Assembly: GCF_021246445.1 (NCBI RefSeq)
Contig: NZ_JAJQXW010000005.1
Location: forward strand, 1 to 64,000
Direction of reading: 5' to 3'
Source: Rhabdothermincola salaria
GTDB lineage: Bacteria; Actinomycetota; Acidimicrobiia; Acidimicrobiales; Acidimicrobilacustridaceae
DNA: 64,000 nucleotides
The notes under the pieces are model-generated. The model did no database searches. It had not been told where the DNA came from and saw nothing but the letters and a program-made list of their open reading frames with translations. The position numbers and the translations under genes are program-made. The first letter of the stretch is position 1; each line of letters opens with the position of its first letter. Positions 55,298 through 64,000 of this stretch are shown one piece after another.

Positions 55298-56440
55298 GTG
55301 GATCTTCTCGAATATCAAGGCAAACAGTTCTTCGCCCAGTACGGCATCCCGATCTCCGAGGGGCGGGCCGTCGAGTCCGTCGAGGATGCGCTGGCTGCGG
55401 CCGAAGCGGTCGGCTACCCCGTGATGGTCAAGGCCCAGGTGCACGCGGGCGGCCGCGGCAAGGCCGGCGGCGTGAAGTTCGCCCCCGATGCCGACGCCGT
55501 GCGCGAGCACGCCGGCAACATCCTCGGCCTCGACATCAAGGGCCACGTGACCCGCATCCTCTGGATCGAGCACGCCTCCGACATCGCCGAGGAGTACTAC
55601 GCCAGCTTCACGCTCGACCGCTCGGCCAAGAAGCACCTCGGCATGCTGTCGGCCGAGGGTGGTGTCGAGATCGAGCAGGTGGCGGTCGACAACCCCGACG
55701 CCATCGCCAAGATCTGGATCGACCCGGTCGACGGCCTCAGCGAGGACGCCGCCCGCGAGTGGGTGCTCGCCGCCAAGCTCAACCCCGACGTCACCGACGG
55801 CGCCGTGGAGATGCTGCGCAAGCTCTACACCGCCTACACCGAGGGCGACGCCGACCTGGCCGAGATCAACCCCCTCATCGTGAAGACCGACGGCAACGTG
55901 CACGCCCTCGACGCCAAGGTCACCCTCGACGCCAACGCGGCCTACCGCCACGAGCTCGACGAGTACGAGAAGACCCAGGTCCGCGACGCCCGCGAGCAGG
56001 CCGCCCACGAGAAGGGCCTGCAGTACGTGGGCCTCGACGGCTACGTCGGCATCATCGCCAACGGCGCCGGGCTGGCCATGAGCACCCTCGACGTCGTCAA
56101 CCAGGTCGGCGGCGAGCCGGCCAACTTCCTCGACATCGGCGGCGGCGCCAACGCCGACGTGATGGCCGGGGCCCTCCAGGTCATCAACGACGACCCCAAG
56201 GTCAAGAGCATCTTCATCAACATCTTCGGTGGCATCACCCGGGGTGAAGAGGTGGCCAAGGGCATCATCGAGGCGCTCGACCGGGTCGACATCGAGGCCC
56301 CCATCGTGATCCGCCTCGACGGCACCAACGCCGACGAGGGCCGGGCCCTGCTCGAGCCCCACCTGTCCGACAAGCTGCAGAGCCGGCCCACCATGCTCGA
56401 GGCGGCCCGTACGGCCGTCGAGCTGGCCGGGAAGAACTGA
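55298..56440 (+). CDS. sucC: Succinyl-CoA synthetase beta subunit
   Basis: MDLLEYQGK, KAQVHAGGRGKAGGV, NGAGLAM, PANFLDIGGG. Confidence 0.98.
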   Translation: MDLLEYQGKQFFAQYGIPISEGRAVESVEDALAAAEAVGYPVMVKAQVHAGGRGKAGGVKFAPDADAVREHAGNILGLDIKGHVTRILWIEHASDIAEEYYASFTLDRSAKKHLGMLSAEGGVEIEQVAVDNPDAIAKIWIDPVDGLSEDAAREWVLAAKLNPDVTDGAVEMLRKLYTAYTEGDADLAEINPLIVKTDGNVHALDAKVTLDANAAYRHELDEYEKTQVRDAREQAAHEKGLQYVGLDGYVGIIANGAGLAMSTLDVVNQVGGEPANFLDIGGGANADVMAGALQVINDDPKVKSIFINIFGGITRGEEVAKGIIEALDRVDIEAPIVIRLDGTNADEGRALLEPHLSDKLQSRPTMLEAARTAVELAGKN

Positions 56441-56450
56441 GGACCCCGAC

Positions 56451-57344
56451 ATGAGCATCTTCGTCGACGAGACCACCAAGGTCGTCTACCAGGGCCTCAC
56501 CGGCTCCCAGGGCCGCTTCTACGGTCTGCGCAACCGTGACTACGGCACCAACGTCGTGGCCGGCACCAACCCCAAGAAGGCGGGCGAGGACGTCGATGGC
56601 ATCCCCATCTTCGCCAGCGTCGCCGACGCCGTGGCCGAGACCGGCGCCAACGCCAGCTGCATCTTCATCCCGGCTCCCGGCGTGCGCAGCGCCGTGATGG
56701 AGGCCGCCGAAGGCGGTGTCGAGTTCATCGTCTGCATCACCGAGGGCGTCCCCGCCCACGACGAGGCCTGGTTCTACAACAAGCTCAAGCGCGACTTCCC
56801 GAACGTGCGCCTGCTCGGCCCCAACTGCCCCGGCATCATCAGCCCCGGCAAGGCCAATATCGGCATCACCGCCGGCGAGATCGCCAAGGAGGGCGGCCCG
56901 GTCGGCATCGTGAGCCGCTCCGGCACGCTCACCTACCAGGCCCTCTACGAGCTCAAGCTCCAGGACATCGGCGTCACCACGTGCGTCGGCATCGGTGGCG
57001 ACCCCGTGCCCGGCACCTCGTTCATCGACTGCCTCGAGGCCTTCGAGGCCGACCCCGACACCAAGGCCGTCATGATGATCGGTGAGATCGGCGGCTCGGC
57101 CGAGGAAGAGGCGGCCGAGTTCATCAAGCACAAGATGAGCAAGCCGGTCGTGTCCTACGTCGCCGGCGTCACCGCCCCGGCCGGCAAGAAGATGGGCCAC
57201 GCCGGTGCCATCGTCTCCGGGGGCAAGGGCACGGCGGCCGCCAAGATGGAAGCCCTCGCCGACGCCGGCGTGAAGGTGGGCCAGAACCCCACCGAGGCCG
57301 GCGAGCTCATGGTCCAGGTCGTCCGCGAGAACGGCTGGGCCTGA
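56451..57344 (+). CDS. sucD: Succinyl-CoA synthetase alpha subunit
   Basis: GPNCPG, SRSGTLTY, GIGGDP, KMGHAGA. Confidence 0.98.
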   Translation: MSIFVDETTKVVYQGLTGSQGRFYGLRNRDYGTNVVAGTNPKKAGEDVDGIPIFASVADAVAETGANASCIFIPAPGVRSAVMEAAEGGVEFIVCITEGVPAHDEAWFYNKLKRDFPNVRLLGPNCPGIISPGKANIGITAGEIAKEGGPVGIVSRSGTLTYQALYELKLQDIGVTTCVGIGGDPVPGTSFIDCLEAFEADPDTKAVMMIGEIGGSAEEEAAEFIKHKMSKPVVSYVAGVTAPAGKKMGHAGAIVSGGKGTAAAKMEALADAGVKVGQNPTEAGELMVQVVRENGWA

Positions 57345-57387
57345 CCCCGGGCGGACCGCGGTCCGTCACCGAAGCAGATCCACACCG

Positions 57388-57417
57388 ACGGAGCCCGGCC
57401 CCACGGCCGGGCTCCGT
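57388..57417. terminator. Hairpin between convergent sucD and the SARP-type gene
   Basis: ACGGAGCCCGGCC-CCAC-GGCCGGGCTCCGT. Confidence 0.75.
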
Positions 57418-57491
57418 GCGCGTCTGGCCCGTGGTGGGGTCGTGCACCAGCGCCGCCGGGGGGGGGTGACGCCACCTGCTCGAGCAGTGGC

Positions 57492-60479
57492 TCAGCGGGC
57501 GTCGGCGATGGCGGCGAGGGCGTGGGCGACCACGGCGTCGTCGCGCATCCGCGCCCCGTGGGAGTGGAGCTGGGCGGCCCGGTCCCCGCCGAGGCGGGCG
57601 AGGAGCGAGTCCCGTTCGAGCTCGACGGCGTCGGCGTCGGTCGGGGCGAACGGGAGCGCGGAGGCGGCCCCGGCGGCGTCGACCGCCCCGAAGAGGATCG
57701 CCGCCTGCTCGTCGTGGCGGCACGACGCGAGGATGGCGGCGAGCTGGCGGAGGGTCAGCCACTGGTTCGCCCAGTCCCCGCCGCGGAACCACGTCTCGAC
57801 CACCTCGCGGTAACCCTCGAGCGCGGACCCGAGCTCGCCCCGCTGGGCGCGCAACCACATGGCCTCGGTCATGGCGAAGGCCACCATCCAACGGTTGCCG
57901 GCCTCGGCGGCGGCGTCGATGGCGGCCTCCAGCATCGTGAGGGCGGCGTCGCTCTCGCCGGTGGCGGCCGCAGCCAGACCGGAGGCGTACGCCGCCTGGG
58001 ATCGCGACGTCGCGCTCCCGCTGCGCTCGGCCGCCTCATGGGCCAGCTCGGCGAGGCGGCGTCCGCCGTCGAGATCGCCGACGCTGGTCGCCGCGACCGA
58101 GCTCATGTACCGGGCGTGGGCGACGTTCCCGTCGACGCCGGTGGCCTCAGCTGCCGCCCGCATCCGTCGCATCCACTCCAGCGCCACGATGCGGTCTCCC
58201 ACGTAGAACCAGGCGTTGCCGAGTGCCCGTTCGGCGAGGCCCTCGGTGGTGTGGCCCGAACGGTCCGCGGTCTCGACCGCCTGCTCGGCCCAACGGATCG
58301 ACGCGCGCAGCTCGCCCCTCACGAAGCAGCCGTAGGCCACCATGGCCAGTGCCGTGGCGAAGAGCGGGTGGGTCTGCGCCGCCGGCTTGGTCACCAGTAC
58401 CTCGGCCCACCCGACCACCTCGTCTCGCAGGCGCCGGAACCCGAACTCGCGCGTCGCGGTGGCGAGGCGCAGCGCCAGGTCGACGTCTCCGGCGTCGGTG
58501 GCGGTGCGGACCGCGGCGCGCAGGTTCCCCAGCTCGGTCTCGAGGCGCGCCATCGTGGCGGCCTCGTCCGGCGACTCGAGTTCCGTGGCCGCGAGCTCGG
58601 CCAGGCCGGTGAAGGTCTCGGCATGGGCCCTCGCCACCCACCCGGATCCGGGACGCTCGGCGAGGAGGCGAGCCCCGTACTGCCGCAGGGTCTCCAGCTG
58701 GCGGAAGCGAACCCCGTCGCCTTCGTGCTCGGCCACGACCAGCGACTTGTCGGCGAGCGCGGCCAGCCGACCGGCGATGTCGTGGGCCGGGAGCTCCTCG
58801 TCGGCGCAGGTGGCTTCGGCCACCTCCAGCCCGAAGCCCCCGGCGAAGACCGAGATGCGCTCGAAGAGCGTGCGTTCGGCGTTGTCGAGCAGCTCGTAGG
58901 ACCACTGGACGACGTCGAGGAGGCTCCGGTGGCGACGATCGAGCGCTCGTGGCGCATCGAGCAGGCCGAAGCGTTCGTCGAGGCGCTCGACGAGCTGGCG
59001 GGGGGACATCGAGTTCATGCGGGCTGCCGCCAGCTCGAGGGCGAGGGGGACGCCGTCGAGACGGATGCAGAGCTCGGCCACGTCGGTGGCCGTGGCGGTG
59101 TCGTAGTGGAAGCCGGGTGAGGCCGCCGCAGCTCGCTCCCGGAAGACCTGCACGGCAGGAGAGCTCGCCAGCTCCGCGGCCGGGGCGGTCGGGTCGGTCG
59201 GGACCGGCAGCGGTGCCACCGGCCACACGACCTCGCCGGGGAGTCGCATCGGCTCTCGACTGGTGGCCAGGATCCGCACGTGGGGACACCAGCGCACCAC
59301 GTGGTCGACGAGGGACGTCACGCCCTCGATGACGTGCTCGCAGTTGTCGAGCACGAGGAGCAGCTCGAGCGGTCCCAGCACCTCGGCGATGGCATCGGTG
59401 AGGGTGCGACCGGACCGTTGCTGCACGTCGAGCACGGCGGCGACCGACGGCGTGACCTCCTCGGGCCTCACGATGGGGGCCAGCTCGACGACCCGCACGC
59501 CGTCGCCGTGGTGCTCGGCCTGGCGTCCGGCCAGCTCGTAGGCGAGGCGGGACTTGCCCACCCCACCCGGTCCGGTGAGGGTCAGGACCCGGGCCGCGCC
59601 GAGCTGCGCTTCCAAGCGGGCCAGGTCGTCGGCCCGACCCAGGAGCTCGGTGGCCGCCCTGGGCAGGGTCGCACGGGTCGAGGGCGGGGCCGATGTCGGC
59701 ACCGGCGGCTCGGCCCCCTCGGCGGGCCCGCCGGACGGCGGACGCAGCGCCGGGTCCTCCGCGGCGATGGCCTGCTCGAGCGACCGGAGCTCGGGGGAGG
59801 GTTCGAGCCCGAGCTCGTCCGCGAGGGTCCGGCGCAGCCGGTGTGCGGTGCGCAGCGCCTCGGCCTGGCGACCGCTGCGGTGCAGGGCGAGCATCAGCAG
59901 CCCCCAGGGACGTTCCCGAAGGGGGTGTTCGAAGGTGAACGCCTCGAGGTCGCCGATCACCTCGGCCGCGTCGCCGGCGTCGAGCCGGCTTGCTGCTCGT
60001 TCCTCACGGACGACGAGGTGGAGCTCGTCGAGCCGCACCGCCTCGGGTCGGGCCCAGTCGTGCTCCGCCATCCCGGCGAAGGCGGGGCCGTGCCACTCCT
60101 CGAGGGCCGCATCGAGCTCGGCCGCGGTGCGCCGGGGGTCGACCCGCTGGGAGAGCGAGGCTTCGACCGCGTCCGCGAAGCGATCGGCGTCGACCTGGTC
60201 CCGAGGCACTTCCAGCACGTAGCCGGGGGCCTGTGCCACGAGCCGGGTGCCGGGAAGTCGTTGCACCAGCGTCCGGAGCCTGGACACATGGGTCTGGAGC
60301 GTGGCTCGCGCCGTCGCCGGGGGTTCTGCCCCCCAGAGGGCGTCGGCGAGGGCGTCGACGGAGACGACCCGTCGTCGGTGGGCCAACAGCACGGCGAGGA
60401 GGAGGCGTGGGGTGGGTCCGAGCGACACCTGTTCGGTGCCGTCGCGGAGCTTGACCCCACCGAGCACCTGAAGTCCCAT
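57492..60479 (-). CDS. AfsR/SARP-type regulator (wHTH + BTAD + P-loop NTPase + TPR-like)
   Basis: VLGGV, DALW, HPLRERPW.LLMLAL..SGRQAEAL, GPGGVGKS, LVLDNCEH, LDGVPLALELAAAR. Confidence 0.93.
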   Translation of the reverse strand: MGLQVLGGVKLRDGTEQVSLGPTPRLLLAVLLAHRRRVVSVDALADALWGAEPPATARATLQTHVSRLRTLVQRLPGTRLVAQAPGYVLEVPRDQVDADRFADAVEASLSQRVDPRRTAAELDAALEEWHGPAFAGMAEHDWARPEAVRLDELHLVVREERAASRLDAGDAAEVIGDLEAFTFEHPLRERPWGLLMLALHRSGRQAEALRTAHRLRRTLADELGLEPSPELRSLEQAIAAEDPALRPPSGGPAEGAEPPVPTSAPPSTRATLPRAATELLGRADDLARLEAQLGAARVLTLTGPGGVGKSRLAYELAGRQAEHHGDGVRVVELAPIVRPEEVTPSVAAVLDVQQRSGRTLTDAIAEVLGPLELLLVLDNCEHVIEGVTSLVDHVVRWCPHVRILATSREPMRLPGEVVWPVAPLPVPTDPTAPAAELASSPAVQVFRERAAAASPGFHYDTATATDVAELCIRLDGVPLALELAAARMNSMSPRQLVERLDERFGLLDAPRALDRRHRSLLDVVQWSYELLDNAERTLFERISVFAGGFGLEVAEATCADEELPAHDIAGRLAALADKSLVVAEHEGDGVRFRQLETLRQYGARLLAERPGSGWVARAHAETFTGLAELAATELESPDEAATMARLETELGNLRAAVRTATDAGDVDLALRLATATREFGFRRLRDEVVGWAEVLVTKPAAQTHPLFATALAMVAYGCFVRGELRASIRWAEQAVETADRSGHTTEGLAERALGNAWFYVGDRIVALEWMRRMRAAAEATGVDGNVAHARYMSSVAATSVGDLDGGRRLAELAHEAAERSGSATSRSQAAYASGLAAAATGESDAALTMLEAAIDAAAEAGNRWMVAFAMTEAMWLRAQRGELGSALEGYREVVETWFRGGDWANQWLTLRQLAAILASCRHDEQAAILFGAVDAAGAASALPFAPTDADAVELERDSLLARLGGDRAAQLHSHGARMRDDAVVAHALAAIADAR

Positions 60480-60536
60480 CTCTCACAGTCTGGCCCCATC
60501 TCGTCGCCGACGGTGGCGGTGACGCACCACGCCGCG

Positions 60537-60569
60537 CCACCGAGCGACCACCGACGGACCACCGACAGC
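60537..60569. promoter_or_regulatory. Three 11-bp-period direct repeats, candidate SARP binding site
   Basis: CCACCGAGCGA CCACCGACGGA CCACCGACAGC in the divergent intergenic region. Confidence 0.65.
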
Positions 60570-60631
60570 CCACAAGGGCCGGGCCTCATCGTGCTCCTCG
60601 AACCAGATGGACCACGACGAACGGAGACACC

Positions 60632-61027
60632 ATGCACATCCGCAGAGACGACGTGCCGGTCAAGATCGATGCGCCGGGAGCGGTGGCTCGCCAACTCCCC
60701 GACTTCGGCGACGCGACCGGGTACGGGACCATCGGCGGGGAGTTCTTCTCCCTGGCCGCCGGCACCGACATCGCTCCGTTGCTCGCCGGGCTCGAGGGCG
60801 ACAGCTGCCAGGCCCCCCACTGGGGGTACATGCTCTCGGGCGTTCTCGTCGTGTCCTACCGCGACGGCACCGACGAGCAGTGTGAGGGCGGTGAGCTCTT
60901 CTACTGGCCGCCGGGTCACACCGTGCGGGTGACCGAGGACGCCGACGTCATCTTGTTCAGCCCGGCGGTGGAGCACACGGCGGCGCTGGACCACATGCTC
61001 GATCAGATGGCGGGGGCGGGCTCGTGA
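60632..61027 (+). CDS. Cupin-like protein
   Basis: CQAPHWGYMLSG...GELFYWPPGH; SD GGAG. Confidence 0.82.
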   Translation: MHIRRDDVPVKIDAPGAVARQLPDFGDATGYGTIGGEFFSLAAGTDIAPLLAGLEGDSCQAPHWGYMLSGVLVVSYRDGTDEQCEGGELFYWPPGHTVRVTEDADVILFSPAVEHTAALDHMLDQMAGAGS

Positions 61028-61638
61028 GCGTCACCGAGGTGCAGACGCTGCCTCGCGACGCCGAGGAGGGCGCCGCCCAGCTCGAGGTCATCGTGCCGAG
61101 GCTCGGCGCGCTGGTCGCGGAGGTGGGCCCGACGGAGCTCGGCCTGTCGACGCCCTGTGACGGCTGGGCGGTGCGGGACCTGCTCAACCACGTGGTCGGC
61201 GGGGCCGAGATGTTCGCCGGTGCCCTCCAGGGCGGCCCGGTCCACGACATCTCGGGCCGCCTGCCCGACGCCCTCGGTGACGACCCGCTCGGGGCCTTCG
61301 AGCGCGCCGCGGAGCACTTCGGCGCTGCTGCGCAGTCGCCGGGGGCGACGGAGCGGGTGCTCGATCTCCCCTTCGGGTCCATGCAGGGCGCCACCTTCCT
61401 CCGGTTCGTCGCCTTCGACCTGCTGGTCCACAGCTGGGACCTGGCGACGACCCTCGGGTCCGAGCTCGACGTGCCCGACGACGTCGTCGTCGGCGCCGGG
61501 CGGATCGCCCACCGCACCCTCGACGGACGAGAGCGCGACGGTCGCACCTTCGCCGAGTCCACGGTGGCGCCGGGCGGGGCGACGCCGCTGGAGCGACTCG
61601 TCGCCTTCACCGGGCGCTCGGTGCCCGGGCGCCCTTGA
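61024..61638 (+). CDS. Mycothiol-dependent maleylpyruvate isomerase / DinB-like metal-binding protein
   Basis: TPCDGWAVRDLLNHV, DLLVHSWDLA, RLVAFTGR. Confidence 0.88.
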   Translation: MSVTEVQTLPRDAEEGAAQLEVIVPRLGALVAEVGPTELGLSTPCDGWAVRDLLNHVVGGAEMFAGALQGGPVHDISGRLPDALGDDPLGAFERAAEHFGAAAQSPGATERVLDLPFGSMQGATFLRFVAFDLLVHSWDLATTLGSELDVPDDVVVGAGRIAHRTLDGRERDGRTFAESTVAPGGATPLERLVAFTGRSVPGRP

Positions 61639-61706
61639 GTCGAGCCGAGTCGAGCCGAGCCGAGCCGAGCCGAGCCGAGCCGAGCCGAGCCGAGCCGAGC
61701 CGAGCC
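61637..61706. repeat. Pentanucleotide microsatellite (GAGYC)14
   Basis: GAGTC GAGCC GAGTC then (GAGCC)11. Confidence 0.95.
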
Positions 61707-61843
61707 CGGGGCCGCCGGCCCCGGGCTCGTCGGCATCGCGCCGCTCGCCTTCGGCCTCCCCACCGGGCACACCCCCACCGTGCGCAGCGTCGACCCTCGT
61801 CGCTGGGTGACGCCGTCGTTCGGTGGGCCTACGGTGGCCGTCC

Positions 61844-63535
61844 ATGCACGACCTGGTGATCCGTGGGGGCATGGTGGTCGACGGCACGGGAGCGGGCCCG
61901 GTGGCCGCCGACGTGGCCGTCGAGGGCGACACGATCGTCGCCGTCGGTCCTGACGTCGGGCGGGGTCGACGCACGCTCGACGCCGACGGCCGGCTGGTGA
62001 CCCCGGGGTTCGTCGATCTGCACACCCACCTCGACGCCCAGCTGGGGTGGGACCCATTGGCCACCTCGTCGTGCTGGCACGGCGTGACCTCCCTGGTGAT
62101 CGGCAACTGCGGCGTCACCTTCGCCCCCGTCCGCGCCGGCGACGCCGGCTACCTGGCCCGGATGATGGAGTCGGTCGAGGACATCCCGGCCGACTCGATC
62201 CTCGCCGGGCTGCCGTTCAGCTGGGAGAGCTACGGGCAGTACCTCGACTGGCTGGGCTCGACGCCGAAGGGGGTCAACGTCGGGGGCATGGTCGGGCACT
62301 GCGCGGTGCGCTACCACGCCATGGGGGAGCGTTCCCTCGATCCCGACGCCGTCCCCACCGACGCGGAGCTGGCCGTCATGGTGGGTGCCGTCGACGAGGC
62401 CATGGCCGCCGGCGCCCTGGGCTTCTCCACCTCGCGGACCCGCCGGCACGTGGCCCCCGACGGTCGCAACGTGCCCGGCACCTGGGCCACCGAGACCGAG
62501 CTGGTGGCCCTGGCCGACGCCGTCGGTGCCCACGGACGCGGCTTCTTCGGCGCCGCCCCCCGCTTCGACGGCGACGGACCCGGCGTCGAACGGGCCCGCT
62601 CGGAGGTGGCGCTCATGGCCGCGATGAGCCGGACCGCGGGGCGCCCGTTCACCTTCAACCTGACCAACACCTTCTCCGACCCCGACCTGTGGCGCCAGAC
62701 CCTCGGGTTCGTGGCCGGTGCCAACGCCGCCGGGGCTCGCCTGCGGCCCCAGACCACCTCTCGGGGCATCGGCGTGGTGTTCAGCCTCGACCACGCCACG
62801 CCGTTCGACAGCCGACCTGGTTGGGAAGCCCTCTCCGGGCTCGACGCCCGGACCAAGGCGGCGGCGATGACCGATCCCGACGTGCACGCCGCCCTCGTCG
62901 CCGAGGGCGACGGCCCCGCCGGCGTCGATGCCTGGCGCGACTTCTACGTGCTCACCCCCGAGCGGGGGGCTCGCTACGACTGCGATCCCGCCAGCAGCCT
63001 GGCGGCGCATGCCGAGCGGGCCGGCACCAGCGCGGTGGAGGCCTACGTCGACCTCTGCGTGGCCCACGACGGGCAGGTCGTCCTCAACTGGCCGGTGCTC
63101 AACCAGGACTTCGGGGTGATCGCCGAGATGCTCACCGACCCCCTGGTGATGATGGGGTTGGCCGACGCCGGCGCCCACGTCGGCCAGATCCTCGACGCCA
63201 GCCAGCCCACCTTCTTCCTCTCCTACTGGGTGCGCGAGCGAGGCCTGGTCGACATCGGCGAAGGGGTGCGGCGCATCACCTCCGACACCGCCGCCTTCGC
63301 CGGGCTGACCGGCCGGGGGGTGGTGCGCCCCGGGGCCCGGGCCGACCTCAACGTGGTCGACCTCGATGCCCTGCACCTGCCGCTACCGCAGTACGTGCGC
63401 GACTTCCCCGGCGACGCCGGTCGCTTCGTGCAGCGAGCCGAGGGCTACGGCTGGACCCTGGTGAACGGCCAGGTGTTCATGGAGGACGGCAGGCACACCG
63501 GGGTGCTGGCCGGGCGGCCCCTGCGCGCCGCCTGA
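61844..63535 (+). CDS. Amidohydrolase, N-acyl-D-amino-acid deacylase family
   Basis: DLVIRGG.VVDGTG, PGFVDLHTHLD, GNCG, ADAGAH, ADLNVVD. Confidence 0.92.
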   Translation: MHDLVIRGGMVVDGTGAGPVAADVAVEGDTIVAVGPDVGRGRRTLDADGRLVTPGFVDLHTHLDAQLGWDPLATSSCWHGVTSLVIGNCGVTFAPVRAGDAGYLARMMESVEDIPADSILAGLPFSWESYGQYLDWLGSTPKGVNVGGMVGHCAVRYHAMGERSLDPDAVPTDAELAVMVGAVDEAMAAGALGFSTSRTRRHVAPDGRNVPGTWATETELVALADAVGAHGRGFFGAAPRFDGDGPGVERARSEVALMAAMSRTAGRPFTFNLTNTFSDPDLWRQTLGFVAGANAAGARLRPQTTSRGIGVVFSLDHATPFDSRPGWEALSGLDARTKAAAMTDPDVHAALVAEGDGPAGVDAWRDFYVLTPERGARYDCDPASSLAAHAERAGTSAVEAYVDLCVAHDGQVVLNWPVLNQDFGVIAEMLTDPLVMMGLADAGAHVGQILDASQPTFFLSYWVRERGLVDIGEGVRRITSDTAAFAGLTGRGVVRPGARADLNVVDLDALHLPLPQYVRDFPGDAGRFVQRAEGYGWTLVNGQVFMEDGRHTGVLAGRPLRAA

Positions 63536-63576
63536 GCACGCCGGGGCGGCGTCGAGCACCCGGCTGGCAGGCGGGT

Positions 63577-63966
63577 TCAGCCCGGGGGGAGGGCGCGGGT
63601 CGGTCCCTGCCGCCACGCCACGCTCGATGCGAACCCGGCCGCCGCGACCATGGCGATGGCCACGCCGAAGATCACGCGGAGCGGCCACAGGAGCCCGCCT
63701 CCGGCGGCGATGACGGCCCACACCATGGCGCCACCGAGGAAGGCCAGCCCGGCGCTGCGGGGGGTGACGCGGACGGAGCGGCCGATCACGGCGCCCACCA
63801 CCACGCCGGTCACGGGGAGCAGCACGAGCCCGAGCCACCCCAGCGGCAGTACCCACGCCACGATGCGCACGCCGATGCCGCAGGCCAGGCCGATCACCAG
63901 GCACTGGGCCACCCCGCGGGTGGTGGGCTGGGCCGGTGGGGGGTTGGTGGCCGGGGTGCGGTCCAT
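63577..63966 (-). CDS. Small hypothetical membrane protein
   Basis: About four hydrophobic segments. Confidence 0.65.
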   Translation of the reverse strand: MDRTPATNPPPAQPTTRGVAQCLVIGLACGIGVRIVAWVLPLGWLGLVLLPVTGVVVGAVIGRSVRVTPRSAGLAFLGGAMVWAVIAAGGGLLWPLRVIFGVAIAMVAAAGFASSVAWRQGPTRALPPG

Positions 63967-64000
63967 CGTCCCAGTGTGCCTGCTGGGGCCCTCGGCCGGG

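Noticed and set aside
57492..60479. Avs/STAND anti-phage protein
   Set aside because: The N-terminus is a wHTH-BTAD transcription module, not a nuclease or other effector

Overview
High-GC bacterial chromosomal DNA. Gene content (GuaB3, an F420-type LLM oxidoreductase, a DUF222-HNH protein, a SARP/BTAD regulator, many leaderless genes) indicates an actinobacterium, probably class Acidimicrobiia (inference). 1-19.7 kb: end of tuf, then the S10-spc-alpha ribosomal protein clusters, truA and rplM-rpsI. The S10 operon is split after rpsJ by an SDR gene and about 700 bp of REP/MITE-like repeats. 19.8-39.4 kb: glmM, an unusually long (~1150 aa) GlmS, an AcpS-NnrE-NnrD fusion, alr, udg, tsaEB-rimI-tsaD, groES-groEL with a double CIRCE, guaB3 and guaA. 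39.4-64 kb: accessory genes (PLP enzymes, SDRs, LLM, rifampin ADP-ribosyltransferase Arr), pcrA with a 352-aa intein lacking an obvious LAGLIDADG motif, a DUF222-HNH gene, a Rieske-like protein without cluster ligands, sucCD, a SARP-type regulator with 11-bp-period repeats, and an amidohydrolase. No rRNA, tRNA or CRISPR array was recognised. All family assignments come from motif recognition by eye, not database searches.
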